A stretch of DNA of 51,873 nucleotides from an uncultured Clostridia bacterium (GCA_947174975.1 CAMWLA010000001.1:1-51873); one strand, 5' to 3'. Positions 34,262 to 42,810 are shown, numbered from the stretch's first letter. The notes: generated from the letters alone by a model not told the origin. Numbers and translations: made by a program.

Positions 34262-35733
34262 TAAAGAGTTACCCCCGTTTTAAATATGGCAATTTCTCTT
34301 GAACTGTTTATTTCGTTGCGCGTCTTCGAGCCGTTGGCAACATATACGACAAGATCGATAAGATTTTCAAGCTGAACGTCGAAGTTGCTTTCTAAAACTG
34401 CGCCCGCGTTGAAATCTATCCAGTTTGATTTCTTGGCTGCAAGCTCCGCATTGGTTGCAATCTTCACCGTGGGAACGAAGCCGCCGAAAGGCGTTCCTCT
34501 GCCCGTGGTGAACAGTATAAGGTGACAGCCCGAAGCCGCAAGATTTGTGACCGCGCACATATCGTTGCCGGGACCGTTCAAAAGGTTTAAGCCCTTTGCC
34601 ATTACGAAGCCGTCGTCGAACACTACGTCCTCAACGGGACCCGAACCCGACTTCTGCGTACAGCCGAGCGACTTGTCTTCCAAAGTGGTTATTCCGCCCG
34701 CCTTATTGCCGGGGGAAGGATTTTCGTAGACCGTCTGTCCGTTGCGGCGGAAGTAGTCCTTGAAATCGTTGATAAGCTTTACCGTCTTTTCAAAAACTTC
34801 CTCGTCGCGCGCCCTATTCATTAAAAGCTGTTCCGCGCCGAACATTTCGGGTACTTCGGAAAGCACGGTAGTGCCGCCCGCCGCGACGATATAGTCGCTG
34901 AATCTGCCGACGAGCGGGTTTGCGGTTATGCCCGAAAGTCCGTCCGAACCGCCGCATTTAAGTCCCACTTTGAGGCACGATATGTCGTCCTCTTCGCGCT
35001 TGTCGTGGCGGACGACTTCGACAATCTGCTTTATGAGCTGAACGCCCGCTTCGATTTCGTCGTCCTCTTCCTGGCAGACCATAAACTTAACTCTCGTTTC
35101 GTCAACCCAGCCGAGCGATTTTCTGAACTCGTCCATCTGGTTGTTCTCACAGCCGAGACCTACGACGAGCACTCCGCCCGCGTTGGGGTGGCGAACCATT
35201 TTCTGCAAAATGAGTTTCGTTCTCTCGTGGTCGTCGCCGAGTTGTGAGCAGCCGTAAGGGTGGGTATACGCGAATATACCGTCGAAGCCCTCCTCGCCGT
35301 ATCTGTTTTTATAGGTTTCGTGTATAAGCTTGACTTGACCGTTTACGCAGCCGACAGTGGGAATTATCCATATCTCGTTTCTGATGCCCACGTCGCCGTT
35401 CGCACGGTGATATACGTTGACCTTGCGGGGTTTAACCTCTTTCAATTCTGTATCGACCTTGTTATAGGTGTACTCTAAATTTTCGGAAAGGTTGGTGTGC
35501 ACGTTGTGTGTGTGAACGTGGCTTCCCGCAGAAATGGGCTTGTGTGCGCACGCGATAGGGTTGCCGTATTTGATAACCATATCGCCCTCTTTCAAGTCAA
35601 CAAGCGCAAACTTATGACCCTTTGTTATATCTTCTTTTAAAACGACGCCCTCGTGCTGTTCGCCCTTCTTCAAATCGGTGAGCGCAACCGCAACGTTATC
35701 GAGTTCGTTTATAATTATCGTTTTTTTAGCCAT
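34261..35733 (-). CDS. uxaA: altronate dehydratase
   Basis: N-terminal SAF domain (NELDNVAVALTDLKKGE). 490 aa UxaA/GarD family. Overlaps the uxaC start by 1 nt. Confidence 0.93.
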   Translation of the reverse strand: MAKKTIIINELDNVAVALTDLKKGEQHEGVVLKEDITKGHKFALVDLKEGDMVIKYGNPIACAHKPISAGSHVHTHNVHTNLSENLEYTYNKVDTELKEVKPRKVNVYHRANGDVGIRNEIWIIPTVGCVNGQVKLIHETYKNRYGEEGFDGIFAYTHPYGCSQLGDDHERTKLILQKMVRHPNAGGVLVVGLGCENNQMDEFRKSLGWVDETRVKFMVCQEEDDEIEAGVQLIKQIVEVVRHDKREEDDISCLKVGLKCGGSDGLSGITANPLVGRFSDYIVAAGGTTVLSEVPEMFGAEQLLMNRARDEEVFEKTVKLINDFKDYFRRNGQTVYENPSPGNKAGGITTLEDKSLGCTQKSGSGPVEDVVFDDGFVMAKGLNLLNGPGNDMCAVTNLAASGCHLILFTTGRGTPFGGFVPTVKIATNAELAAKKSNWIDFNAGAVLESNFDVQLENLIDLVVYVANGSKTRNEINSSREIAIFKTGVTL

Positions 35734-37174
35734 TTACAAAATCCTCTACAGCCCCGCGCATTCCCTTGGTTTCGATATCCTTGAGATACTTCGCAACCGT
35801 TTTTGCAATTTCGGGGTGAATCGTATTCATATCAATATCCCACGCTTCCTTCCAAGCGAGTACGGCTTTTGCAAGCTTTTCATAGTCGCCGTCAAACTCA
35901 GCCCAAAGCTGTTTCCACTTTGCAAGATATGCGGGGTCGTCGCTGAGCGCGATGTCCTCGTTGCCTCTCTTGCCCTTGTGGAATTCGATTATCGCCGCAA
36001 ACGAGAATAAAAGATGTTTGGGAAGCGCTTTCTTGATTTTAACGTAGTCCAAAAGCGTAGGCAGAAGTCTCGTCTTAAACTTGGTTGTGGAATTTAACGC
36101 AATCGACATAAGCTCGTGGCGGATATAGGGGTTTTTGTACCTCTCTATTACGCTGTTTGCAAACGCCGTCATCTGGTCTTGCGGTAAATTTATAGTGGGG
36201 TTAACCTCGTCGAAAACAAAATCATGTACGTACTTTGAAACCGTCTTATCGTTCATTGACTCGCCTACGGTGTCGATACCGCAAAGGTATGCGACGGGAA
36301 CGAGAGCCGTGTGCGAACCGTTTAAAATTTTAACCTTTCTCTGCTTGTAAGGGTGAATGTCGTCCGCAAAGATAACGTTGAGCCCCGTCTTGTCTGCGGG
36401 AAGATACTTCTGAACGACGGGTTCTTTTTTAAGCACCCAAAGGTGGAAAATTTCGCCCTTTACGACGTTGTTGTCGATATATCCCGTTTCCTTTTGGATA
36501 TCCTCGATTTCGTTCCTCGGATAGCCGGGAACTATTCTGTCAACCAGCGTCGAAGTGAAGTGGTTTGCCGTCTGCATCCACTTAATGAACTTTTCGTCCA
36601 TCTTGTTGATTTTCGCAAGCTCGGTCAAGCAGCGATACAGCTCGTCGCCGTTGTCGTCGATAAGCTCGCAAGGGATAATCGCAAGTCCGCGGGACATATC
36701 CCCCTTGAAACGGTCGTATCTTCTCTTCAAAAGAGCCAAAAGTTTTCCGGGGAAGCTTTTGGGGCATTTCGTGAAATCGGTGTCGGTAGGATCTACCGCG
36801 ATACCCGCTTCCGTAGTGTTGGAAATGATGACTTGCAAGTCCTCGCTTTCGCCGTACTTCAAGAATTTCTCGTATTCGGTAAAGGGGTCGATGCAGTCGC
36901 CGATTACGTCGATAACCTGGCTCTTCTTTACGTTTTTGCCGTTGTCGATTCCCTCTAAACGGAGAGTATAAAGTCCGTCTTGTTTTTCAAGGTCCTTAAC
37001 TCTGCCGAACGGCATAGGCTGAACTACTGCGACGTTTGCGCTAATTGCGCCCTTGTCGTTTAAGTCCTGTATTATCCATTCGACGAACGCACGCAAGAAA
37101 TTGCCCTCGCCGAACTGCATTATCTTGATTTTTCTTTCGGGTTTCGCAAAAAGTTTTTTGCTTATTAATTCCAT
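35726..37174 (-). CDS. uxaB: tagaturonate reductase (altronate oxidoreductase)
   Basis: Mannitol-dehydrogenase family. IMQFGEGNFLRAFVEWII N-terminal Rossmann motif. 8-nt overlap with uxaA. Confidence 0.9.
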   Translation of the reverse strand: MELISKKLFAKPERKIKIMQFGEGNFLRAFVEWIIQDLNDKGAISANVAVVQPMPFGRVKDLEKQDGLYTLRLEGIDNGKNVKKSQVIDVIGDCIDPFTEYEKFLKYGESEDLQVIISNTTEAGIAVDPTDTDFTKCPKSFPGKLLALLKRRYDRFKGDMSRGLAIIPCELIDDNGDELYRCLTELAKINKMDEKFIKWMQTANHFTSTLVDRIVPGYPRNEIEDIQKETGYIDNNVVKGEIFHLWVLKKEPVVQKYLPADKTGLNVIFADDIHPYKQRKVKILNGSHTALVPVAYLCGIDTVGESMNDKTVSKYVHDFVFDEVNPTINLPQDQMTAFANSVIERYKNPYIRHELMSIALNSTTKFKTRLLPTLLDYVKIKKALPKHLLFSFAAIIEFHKGKRGNEDIALSDDPAYLAKWKQLWAEFDGDYEKLAKAVLAWKEAWDIDMNTIHPEIAKTVAKYLKDIETKGMRGAVEDFVNG

Positions 37175-37176
37175 AA

Positions 37177-38286
37177 TCAGTGCCTCTTAATATCGTTTTC
37201 AATTATTTCTTCCGTCTCCGCGTCATAGACGTATGCCGCAACCTGGGGAATACGGAATGTGAAATCTGCGCCCATCTCGGGGGTGTGGTGAGGGTTGACT
37301 TTGAGGATAACGTTTACCTTGTTATCGCCCTCGCCTACGGTCGCGTATACGTTGGTGGTATCGCCCAAAAGCTCGGTAAGCTCTACCTTTGATTTGATTT
37401 CGAAATCGTTCTTGGTCTTGGTAAGCTTGATAGCTTCGGGTCTGAACGCGAACACCACTTTCTTGCCCTCGACTGCCTTTACGTCCTTTACAAGCGGCGC
37501 TATATCCAAAGCCAAACCGTGGCCGACAAACTTGCCGTCCTTTACTTCACCGCGGAAGAAGTTCATAGGAGGTTCGCCTATGAAGCCCGCAACGAAGAGG
37601 TTCTTCGGATAGAAATACAGCTCGTACGGAGTGCCGATCTGCTGAACGTATCCGCCCGATTTCATAACGACTATTCTGTCCGACATGGTCATAGCTTCGG
37701 TCTGGTCGTGGGTTACGTAAATGGTGGTAGCGCCGACCGAACGGTGAATCTGCTTGATTTCCGAACGCATAGTTACACGCTGCTTTGCGTCGAGGTTGGA
37801 AAGCGGTTCGTCCATAAGGAAGATATTAACCTTTCTTATCAGCGCACGGCCTACCGCAACACGCTGACACTGTCCGCCCGACAGTGCGCGGGGGAATCTT
37901 TCAAGGTAGTCGGTAAGTCCTAAAATTTTAGCCGTTGCCTTAACCTTTTCGTCGATAACTTCCGCGTCGATACCTTCAAGCGTAAGTCCGAAAGCAAGGT
38001 TTTCGTAAACGGTAAGGTGGGGATAGAGCGCGTAGGACTGGAATACCATTGCTATGCCCCTATCACGCGACGACATCTGATTTGCAAGCTTGCCGTCGAT
38101 GTAGAACTCGCCCGCGGTTATGTCTTCGAGACCCGCTATCATTCTGAGCGTAGTCGATTTACCGCAACCCGAATCACCTACAAGACAGATGAACTCGCCG
38201 TCGTTGATTTCCATATTGAAATCGTGCACGGCGTGATATCCGTTAGGATAAACTTTGTTAACGTCAATGAATTTAAGTTGTGCCAT
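37177..38286 (-). CDS. ABC transporter ATP-binding protein, MsmX/UgpC/MalK type (copy 2)
   Basis: Walker A GDSGCGKST, signature LSGGQCQR, Walker B FLMDEPLSNLD, TOBE-like C-terminus. 2 nt upstream of uxaB. Confidence 0.92.
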   Translation of the reverse strand: MAQLKFIDVNKVYPNGYHAVHDFNMEINDGEFICLVGDSGCGKSTTLRMIAGLEDITAGEFYIDGKLANQMSSRDRGIAMVFQSYALYPHLTVYENLAFGLTLEGIDAEVIDEKVKATAKILGLTDYLERFPRALSGGQCQRVAVGRALIRKVNIFLMDEPLSNLDAKQRVTMRSEIKQIHRSVGATTIYVTHDQTEAMTMSDRIVVMKSGGYVQQIGTPYELYFYPKNLFVAGFIGEPPMNFFRGEVKDGKFVGHGLALDIAPLVKDVKAVEGKKVVFAFRPEAIKLTKTKNDFEIKSKVELTELLGDTTNVYATVGEGDNKVNVILKVNPHHTPEMGADFTFRIPQVAAYVYDAETEEIIENDIKRH

Positions 38287-38336
38287 AATATATTTTCCCT
38301 CTCAAAAAAATTTCTTATATAATTGTTAGCTAAACT

Positions 38337-38447
38337 GTGGAGAAACGAGCAAGACAAGGCGAGTGCGCAAACCGCGAGGAAGTTTACATAGAGGTAAATG
38401 ACCGAAGCGGTGCGTAAACTCAACGCCGTATTGCGACGTTTATACGC
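38337..38447 (+). repeat. structured intergenic repeat, type 1, copy B
   Basis: Lies between the kduI stop and the msmX-like copy 2 start. P3 GTTTAC/GTAAAT (38382-38399, loop ATAGAG), P2 ACCGC/GCGGT (38371-75 / 38407-11), P1 GAGT/ACTC (38361-64 / 38418-21). Confidence 0.8.
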
Positions 38448-38453
38448 AGTTTG

Positions 38454-39323
38454 TTATTTCAAGTCGCGAGTTTTAATGTTATCCATATCGTCATAAGTTT
38501 GGTTCTCACCGCACATACCCCAAATGAATGTGTAGTTGTGCGTGCCTACTCCGCTGTGGATAGACCAGCTGGGCGAGATGACCGCTTGTTCGTTGTGCAT
38601 AATTATGTGGCGCGTTTCCTGGGGAGTGCCCATAAGGTGAATTACCGCCTCTTCTTCGGGAAGCTCGAAGTACATATATACTTCCATTCTTCTCTCGTGG
38701 GTGTGGCTGGGAAGAGTGTTCCAAGCACTGCCTTCGGCAAGCTCAGTCATGCCCATTGCAAGCTGACAGCTTTCGCATACGTCGCCGATTATGAACTGGT
38801 TAATCGTTCTCTTGTTGATACCCTCCAAGGAGCCCAAATGCCTTTGAACGCAATATCTTGCGTCTGCGGGGGCGGGCTTACCCTCTACGGGTTTCATAAT
38901 TTTAACCGTGGGATAGGTCTTGTGCGCAGGGCAAGAATTGATATAGAATTTCGCGGGGTTTTTACCGTCAACTGAAGAAAACTCGATTTCCTTCGTGCCC
39001 ATTCCTATATAGATACCCTCTTTATGACCTATCTCGTAAACCTTGCCGTCAAGCGTGATTTTACCCGCTCCGCCGATATTGATTACGCCCATTTCACGGC
39101 GTTCAAGGAAGAACGCGGTAGCCAGCTCTTTAAAAGTGCCGAGGCTTAATTTCTTTTTAACGGGCATTGCGCCGCCCGCGATTATTCTGTCCTGGTGGGA
39201 ATACGTTAAAAGTATTTCGTCCTCTTCGAACAGTTTGTTAATGAGATATTTTTCTCTCAACTCTTTCGTGTCGTAATGCTTGGAATCATCGGGATGATTA
39301 GCATATCTAATATCGAACTTCAA
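38454..39323 (-). CDS. kduI: 5-dehydro-4-deoxy-D-glucuronate isomerase
   Basis: MKFDIRYANHPDDSKHYDTKELREKYLI is the KduI N-terminus. Cupin His cluster PSHTHERRMEVYMYF. Confidence 0.92.
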   Translation of the reverse strand: MKFDIRYANHPDDSKHYDTKELREKYLINKLFEEDEILLTYSHQDRIIAGGAMPVKKKLSLGTFKELATAFFLERREMGVINIGGAGKITLDGKVYEIGHKEGIYIGMGTKEIEFSSVDGKNPAKFYINSCPAHKTYPTVKIMKPVEGKPAPADARYCVQRHLGSLEGINKRTINQFIIGDVCESCQLAMGMTELAEGSAWNTLPSHTHERRMEVYMYFELPEEEAVIHLMGTPQETRHIIMHNEQAVISPSWSIHSGVGTHNYTFIWGMCGENQTYDDMDNIKTRDLK

Positions 39324-39345
39324 AATCTATAACCTCTCAAATGTT

Positions 39346-40185
39346 TTATATTTCGTTCCATACTTTCTCTATGAACCGAGCGCACGGAACTATATCTTCG
39401 CCCGTAGTCCCCTCTAAAACGAGGTAGGCGTCTTTGTCGTAAGCCTTTATGCGGCTGAGTATTGCCTTGAAATCGAACATACCTTTTCCGGGGGCAACTT
39501 GTTTAAGCTTACCGTCCTCGAACACGCAGTCCTTTATGTGGAAAATATGTATTTTCCCCGCGAAGGTCTTTAATCCCTCGTCGAGAATTTCAAGATACCT
39601 TGAATAGTTTTCCGCGTCGAGGTAGTTGTATATATCGAATATAATCTTTATATTGTCGGCGCCTATTTCGTCAACCGCGCGCTTGAGCGTTGCAACGTTC
39701 CAGCAGACGTGACCCGCCGCGCCTTCCATTCCGATATACTTGCCTTGCAATTTCGCAAACGCGGCAAGCTCCTTGAAAGTGGAAATTACGGTTTGCAGAG
39801 CTTGCTCGGTTCGGTTCAGCGGATTATACGTCCACTTGTCGTCGTTGAAGCTGCCCGTTTCAGAGCCGACTATGTCGGAGCCAAGCTCGTTTGCAAGCGT
39901 TATATATTCTTTGAAAACCTGCTTGCAGCGCGCCACCTTTTCTTTGTCCGAATGAACGGGGTTGAAGTACGCGCCTATAAGCGGAACGGAAATACCCGCG
40001 TTTTTAAAGGCTTTACCGATTTCAACGGCCTTATCCTTATCGATTCCGTCGGGGGCGTACTTAACGTCGTCCAAAAACTTGTACGCCACCAACTGAACGG
40101 CGGATATCCCGCATTCTTTACATTTTTCAATAGCACCGTCTAAGCCCTTAACGCCTAAATCGTGCGTTCTAAATGCAATTCTCAT
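39346..40185 (-). CDS. sugar phosphate isomerase/epimerase (xylose-isomerase-like TIM barrel)
   Basis: 279 aa with AP-endonuclease-2/TIM-barrel pattern (IGMEG..GHVC, IHIFHIKD). The start abuts the kdgK stop. Confidence 0.8.
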   Translation of the reverse strand: MRIAFRTHDLGVKGLDGAIEKCKECGISAVQLVAYKFLDDVKYAPDGIDKDKAVEIGKAFKNAGISVPLIGAYFNPVHSDKEKVARCKQVFKEYITLANELGSDIVGSETGSFNDDKWTYNPLNRTEQALQTVISTFKELAAFAKLQGKYIGMEGAAGHVCWNVATLKRAVDEIGADNIKIIFDIYNYLDAENYSRYLEILDEGLKTFAGKIHIFHIKDCVFEDGKLKQVAPGKGMFDFKAILSRIKAYDKDAYLVLEGTTGEDIVPCARFIEKVWNEI

Positions 40186-41217
40186 TTATCTCTGAACTCT
40201 ACCGGAGCCATCTCCGCCTGCAAGAGCTTCAACTTCCTTACGGGAAACAAGGTTGAAGTCGCCGGGGATAGTGTGCTTCAATGCGGAAGCCGCTACGCCG
40301 AATTCCAAAGCAGCCTTGAAATCTTTTCCGTCAAGGAAGCCCGTAATAACGCCGCCCGCGAACGAGTCGCCGCCGCCTACGCGGTCAACGATGGGGCTTA
40401 TACGGTATTCTTTGGAGTGATAGAATTCCTTGGTAGCCGCGTTATATATGCAAGCCGACCAACCGTTATCAGATGCGGAATGGCTTACGCGGAGCGAAGA
40501 AATCGCAAACTTGAAGCCCAAATCTTTGCACATTCTCTCGAATATATCCTTGTAGCCCGCAAGCTCCAAATCGCCTTGGGTTACGTCCGTCTTTCCGGGC
40601 TTGTATCCTAATACGAGGTCAGCGTCCTCTTCGTTGCCGATACATACGTCAACGTATTTCATAAGCTTGGTCATGACCGACTTTGCCTTTTCGCTTGACC
40701 AAAGCTTTTTACGGAAGTTGAGGTCAACCGATACGGTTACGCCGTGTTTTTTAGCGGCTTTCAAAGCTTCTTCGGTGAGCACCGCAGCCGAATCCGAAAC
40801 GGCGGGTGTAATGCCCGTAAAGTGGAACCAGTCTGCATCCTTGAAGATTTCGTCGAAGTCAAAATCTTTCTTGGTAGCCGTAGTAATCGAAGCGTGCGCT
40901 CTGTCGTAAACGACTTTCGAGGGTCTCATAGCAGCACCAGTTTCAAGGAAGTATATGCCCAGTCTTTCGCCGCATCTTGCGATATGGCAAGTTTCAACGC
41001 CGTACTTTCTTAAAGCCGCGACAGCGCATTCGCCGATTTCGTTATCGGGAACTGCCGTTACGAATTCAGCCTTGTGGCCGTAGTTGGCGCACGATACCGC
41101 TACGTTAGCTTCGCCGCCGCCGTAGTTGATATCAAACTCGTCGGCTTGAATAAACTTTTCGTTGTTGGGGGTTGAAAGGCGGAGCATTATCTCGCCCATA
41201 GTTACGATTTTTTTCAT
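40186..41217 (-). CDS. kdgK: 2-dehydro-3-deoxygluconokinase
   Basis: PfkB family. MKKIVTMGEIMLRLSTP, GGGEANVAVS, C-terminal VDRVGGGDSFAGG. Confidence 0.9.
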   Translation of the reverse strand: MKKIVTMGEIMLRLSTPNNEKFIQADEFDINYGGGEANVAVSCANYGHKAEFVTAVPDNEIGECAVAALRKYGVETCHIARCGERLGIYFLETGAAMRPSKVVYDRAHASITTATKKDFDFDEIFKDADWFHFTGITPAVSDSAAVLTEEALKAAKKHGVTVSVDLNFRKKLWSSEKAKSVMTKLMKYVDVCIGNEEDADLVLGYKPGKTDVTQGDLELAGYKDIFERMCKDLGFKFAISSLRVSHSASDNGWSACIYNAATKEFYHSKEYRISPIVDRVGGGDSFAGGVITGFLDGKDFKAALEFGVAASALKHTIPGDFNLVSRKEVEALAGGDGSGRVQR

Positions 41218-41244
41218 AAAACTTTTTCTCCTTATAATTGCTAA

Positions 41245-41358
41245 CCGCGTATATACTTCGCAATACTGCGTTGCGCTACATTTTGCTCAGTCATTTACCA
41301 TCTTTGTAAACTCCTATCGCAAAGCCTCGCGCTCCTTGTCTTGCTCGTATCTCCACGG
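41245..41358 (-). repeat. structured intergenic repeat, type 1, copy F (inverted)
   Basis: The reverse complement aligns to copy B over its full length (GTGGAGATACGAGCAAGACAAGG...GTATTGCGAAGTATATACGCGG). P3 GTTTAC/GTAAAT, P2 TTTGC/GCAAA, P1 GCGC/GCGC. Lies between the eda stop and the kdgK start. Confidence 0.8.
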
Positions 41359-41377
41359 TTGTTTAATTATTTATTTT

Positions 41378-42361
41378 TTATTTTTTGAGTACGAGGTGTA
41401 CGGCAAAGCCGCCGAACTCGTGTTCTAAATAAGCCACGTTCATAACGCCGTCGGCGTTGAATTTTTGCGAGCCTTCCATTACCTTGTATCCGCGCTTTTC
41501 AAGCTGATACAGTGCACGCGTTACGGAATTTGTTGCAATTGCGATATGTCCGTGCGTGCCGTGGAAAGGCTTTTTCATCATTTCCATATAGGTTGATGCG
41601 AATACCGAGCTGTTGCCCACTTTCTTTTCAAAGCCGAACGCCGCTTCGAATTCGTCCGCAACGTTTTCCGCTTCTTTCTCGTTAGCACAGTTAAGACCGA
41701 CGTGAACCATAGTGAAGCCGAGCATCTTATCCACAGCCGTACGGCAGAGCTTCGTTATACCCGCCCAGTCCTCGGCGTCTAAGAGTTTTGCGGGAACTAT
41801 CCAGCTTCCGCCGCAGCAGACTATCTTGTTAAAGCCGAGATAGGTGTTGAGGTTTTCTTCCGTAACCCCGCCCGTAGGCATAAAGCGCATTGTGGAATAG
41901 GGTGCGCAGACCGACTTGATGTAGGGAAGTCCGCCCGCTTGCTCCGCGGGGAAGAATTTTACGAAATCGAGTCCTAATTCAAGCGCTTGTTCTATTTCAC
42001 TTGCGGAAGAAACTCCGGGGGCGAAAGGCTCGCCCTTGTCAAGGCAGTGCTTGACGACTTTGGGGTTAAGTCCGGGGGCTACGCAGAATTTTGCGCCCGC
42101 CTTGTATGCCGCGTCGGCTTGTTCGCAAGTAAGCACGGTGCCCGCGCCCACAAGCATATCGGGATATGCCTTGGTCATACGGCGGATAACATCGTCCGCG
42201 CCCTTTGCCCTGAAAGTTACCTCGGCACAGTTGATACCGCCGTCGCGGAGAGCTTTGGCAAGCTTTTCCGCATTTTCAACCTTGTCAAGCTTGATTACGG
42301 GAACGATGCCGATATTCGAAAGCTCGTCCACGAGGGAATTGATTTTTTCTTTTACAGTCAT
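41378..42361 (-). CDS. eda: KDPG/KHG aldolase fused to a C-terminal VOC (glyoxalase-like) domain
   Basis: Residues ~1-210 match Eda (GINCAEVTFR, GAGTVL, KFFPA, MPTGGV). Residues ~215-327 (MVHVGLNC...GHIAIATNSVTRALYQLEKRGYKV...FAVHLV) look like a VOC fold. Confidence 0.8.
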   Translation of the reverse strand: MTVKEKINSLVDELSNIGIVPVIKLDKVENAEKLAKALRDGGINCAEVTFRAKGADDVIRRMTKAYPDMLVGAGTVLTCEQADAAYKAGAKFCVAPGLNPKVVKHCLDKGEPFAPGVSSASEIEQALELGLDFVKFFPAEQAGGLPYIKSVCAPYSTMRFMPTGGVTEENLNTYLGFNKIVCCGGSWIVPAKLLDAEDWAGITKLCRTAVDKMLGFTMVHVGLNCANEKEAENVADEFEAAFGFEKKVGNSSVFASTYMEMMKKPFHGTHGHIAIATNSVTRALYQLEKRGYKVMEGSQKFNADGVMNVAYLEHEFGGFAVHLVLKK

Positions 42362-42404
42362 AAATTACCTCTGTTTTTTGTATTAACATATTTTGGCAAT
42401 TAAC

Positions 42405-42433
42405 ATTATATATATAATTGCGTTTAAAGTCTA
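42405..42433 (-). promoter_or_regulatory. candidate eda-kdgK operon promoter overlapped by an inverted repeat
   Basis: Minus strand reads TAGACT, 17-nt spacer, TATAAT. The inverted repeat GCAATTA(12 nt)TAATTGC (42396-42421) spans the -10. Confidence 0.4.
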
Positions 42434-42535
42434 TTAAAAATACGGATATATTTATACATTTTTCGGATAAGCGTTCCGCTTAACCAATGTATCTTAATTT
42501 CTCATCCTTGACACGAACTATCCACTAATCAAACA

Positions 42536-42563
42536 TAAAAAGCGGACGGCATTTGCCGTCCGC
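42536..42563 (-). terminator. terminator after the 54-aa ORF
   Basis: Stem GCGGACGGC/GCCGTCCGC plus TTTTT on the minus strand. Confidence 0.8.
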
Positions 42564-42568
42564 ACTTA

Positions 42569-42733
42569 TTATTTATACAGTTTATATTCTTTTAAAAGCT
42601 CGATATGGCGCACGATATCTTCGACGGTGCGCTCGGGCGTTTTTAATTTTTCTTCGAGTGCCGCAAGCTGATTTTCGATTTCTTCTTTGCGGGTTAGCGT
42701 ACTGAGATAGGTCTGTTCTAAAATAATTTTCAT
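42569..42733 (-). CDS. small coiled-coil protein, unknown function (54 aa)
   Basis: ORF trimmed to MKIILEQ at 42733 (AAGAGGA RBS). Strong terminator directly downstream. No family recognised. Confidence 0.45.
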   Translation of the reverse strand: MKIILEQTYLSTLTRKEEIENQLAALEEKLKTPERTVEDIVRHIELLKEYKLYK

Positions 42734-42810
42734 TTCGTTTTTCCTCTTAATGCGGCGTCCACTATATTTCGTGGAGTTTAATTTCCGCATCCACTATATT
42801 TTGTAGTTTC

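Noticed and set aside
35005-37000. Multiple plus-strand ORFs (for example 36353-36958 and 36555-36971) opposite uxaA/uxaB, and similar ones opposite uxaC, the SBP, the ATPases and kdgK.
   Set aside because: They are antisense to confidently identified enzymes, with no start context or family resemblance.
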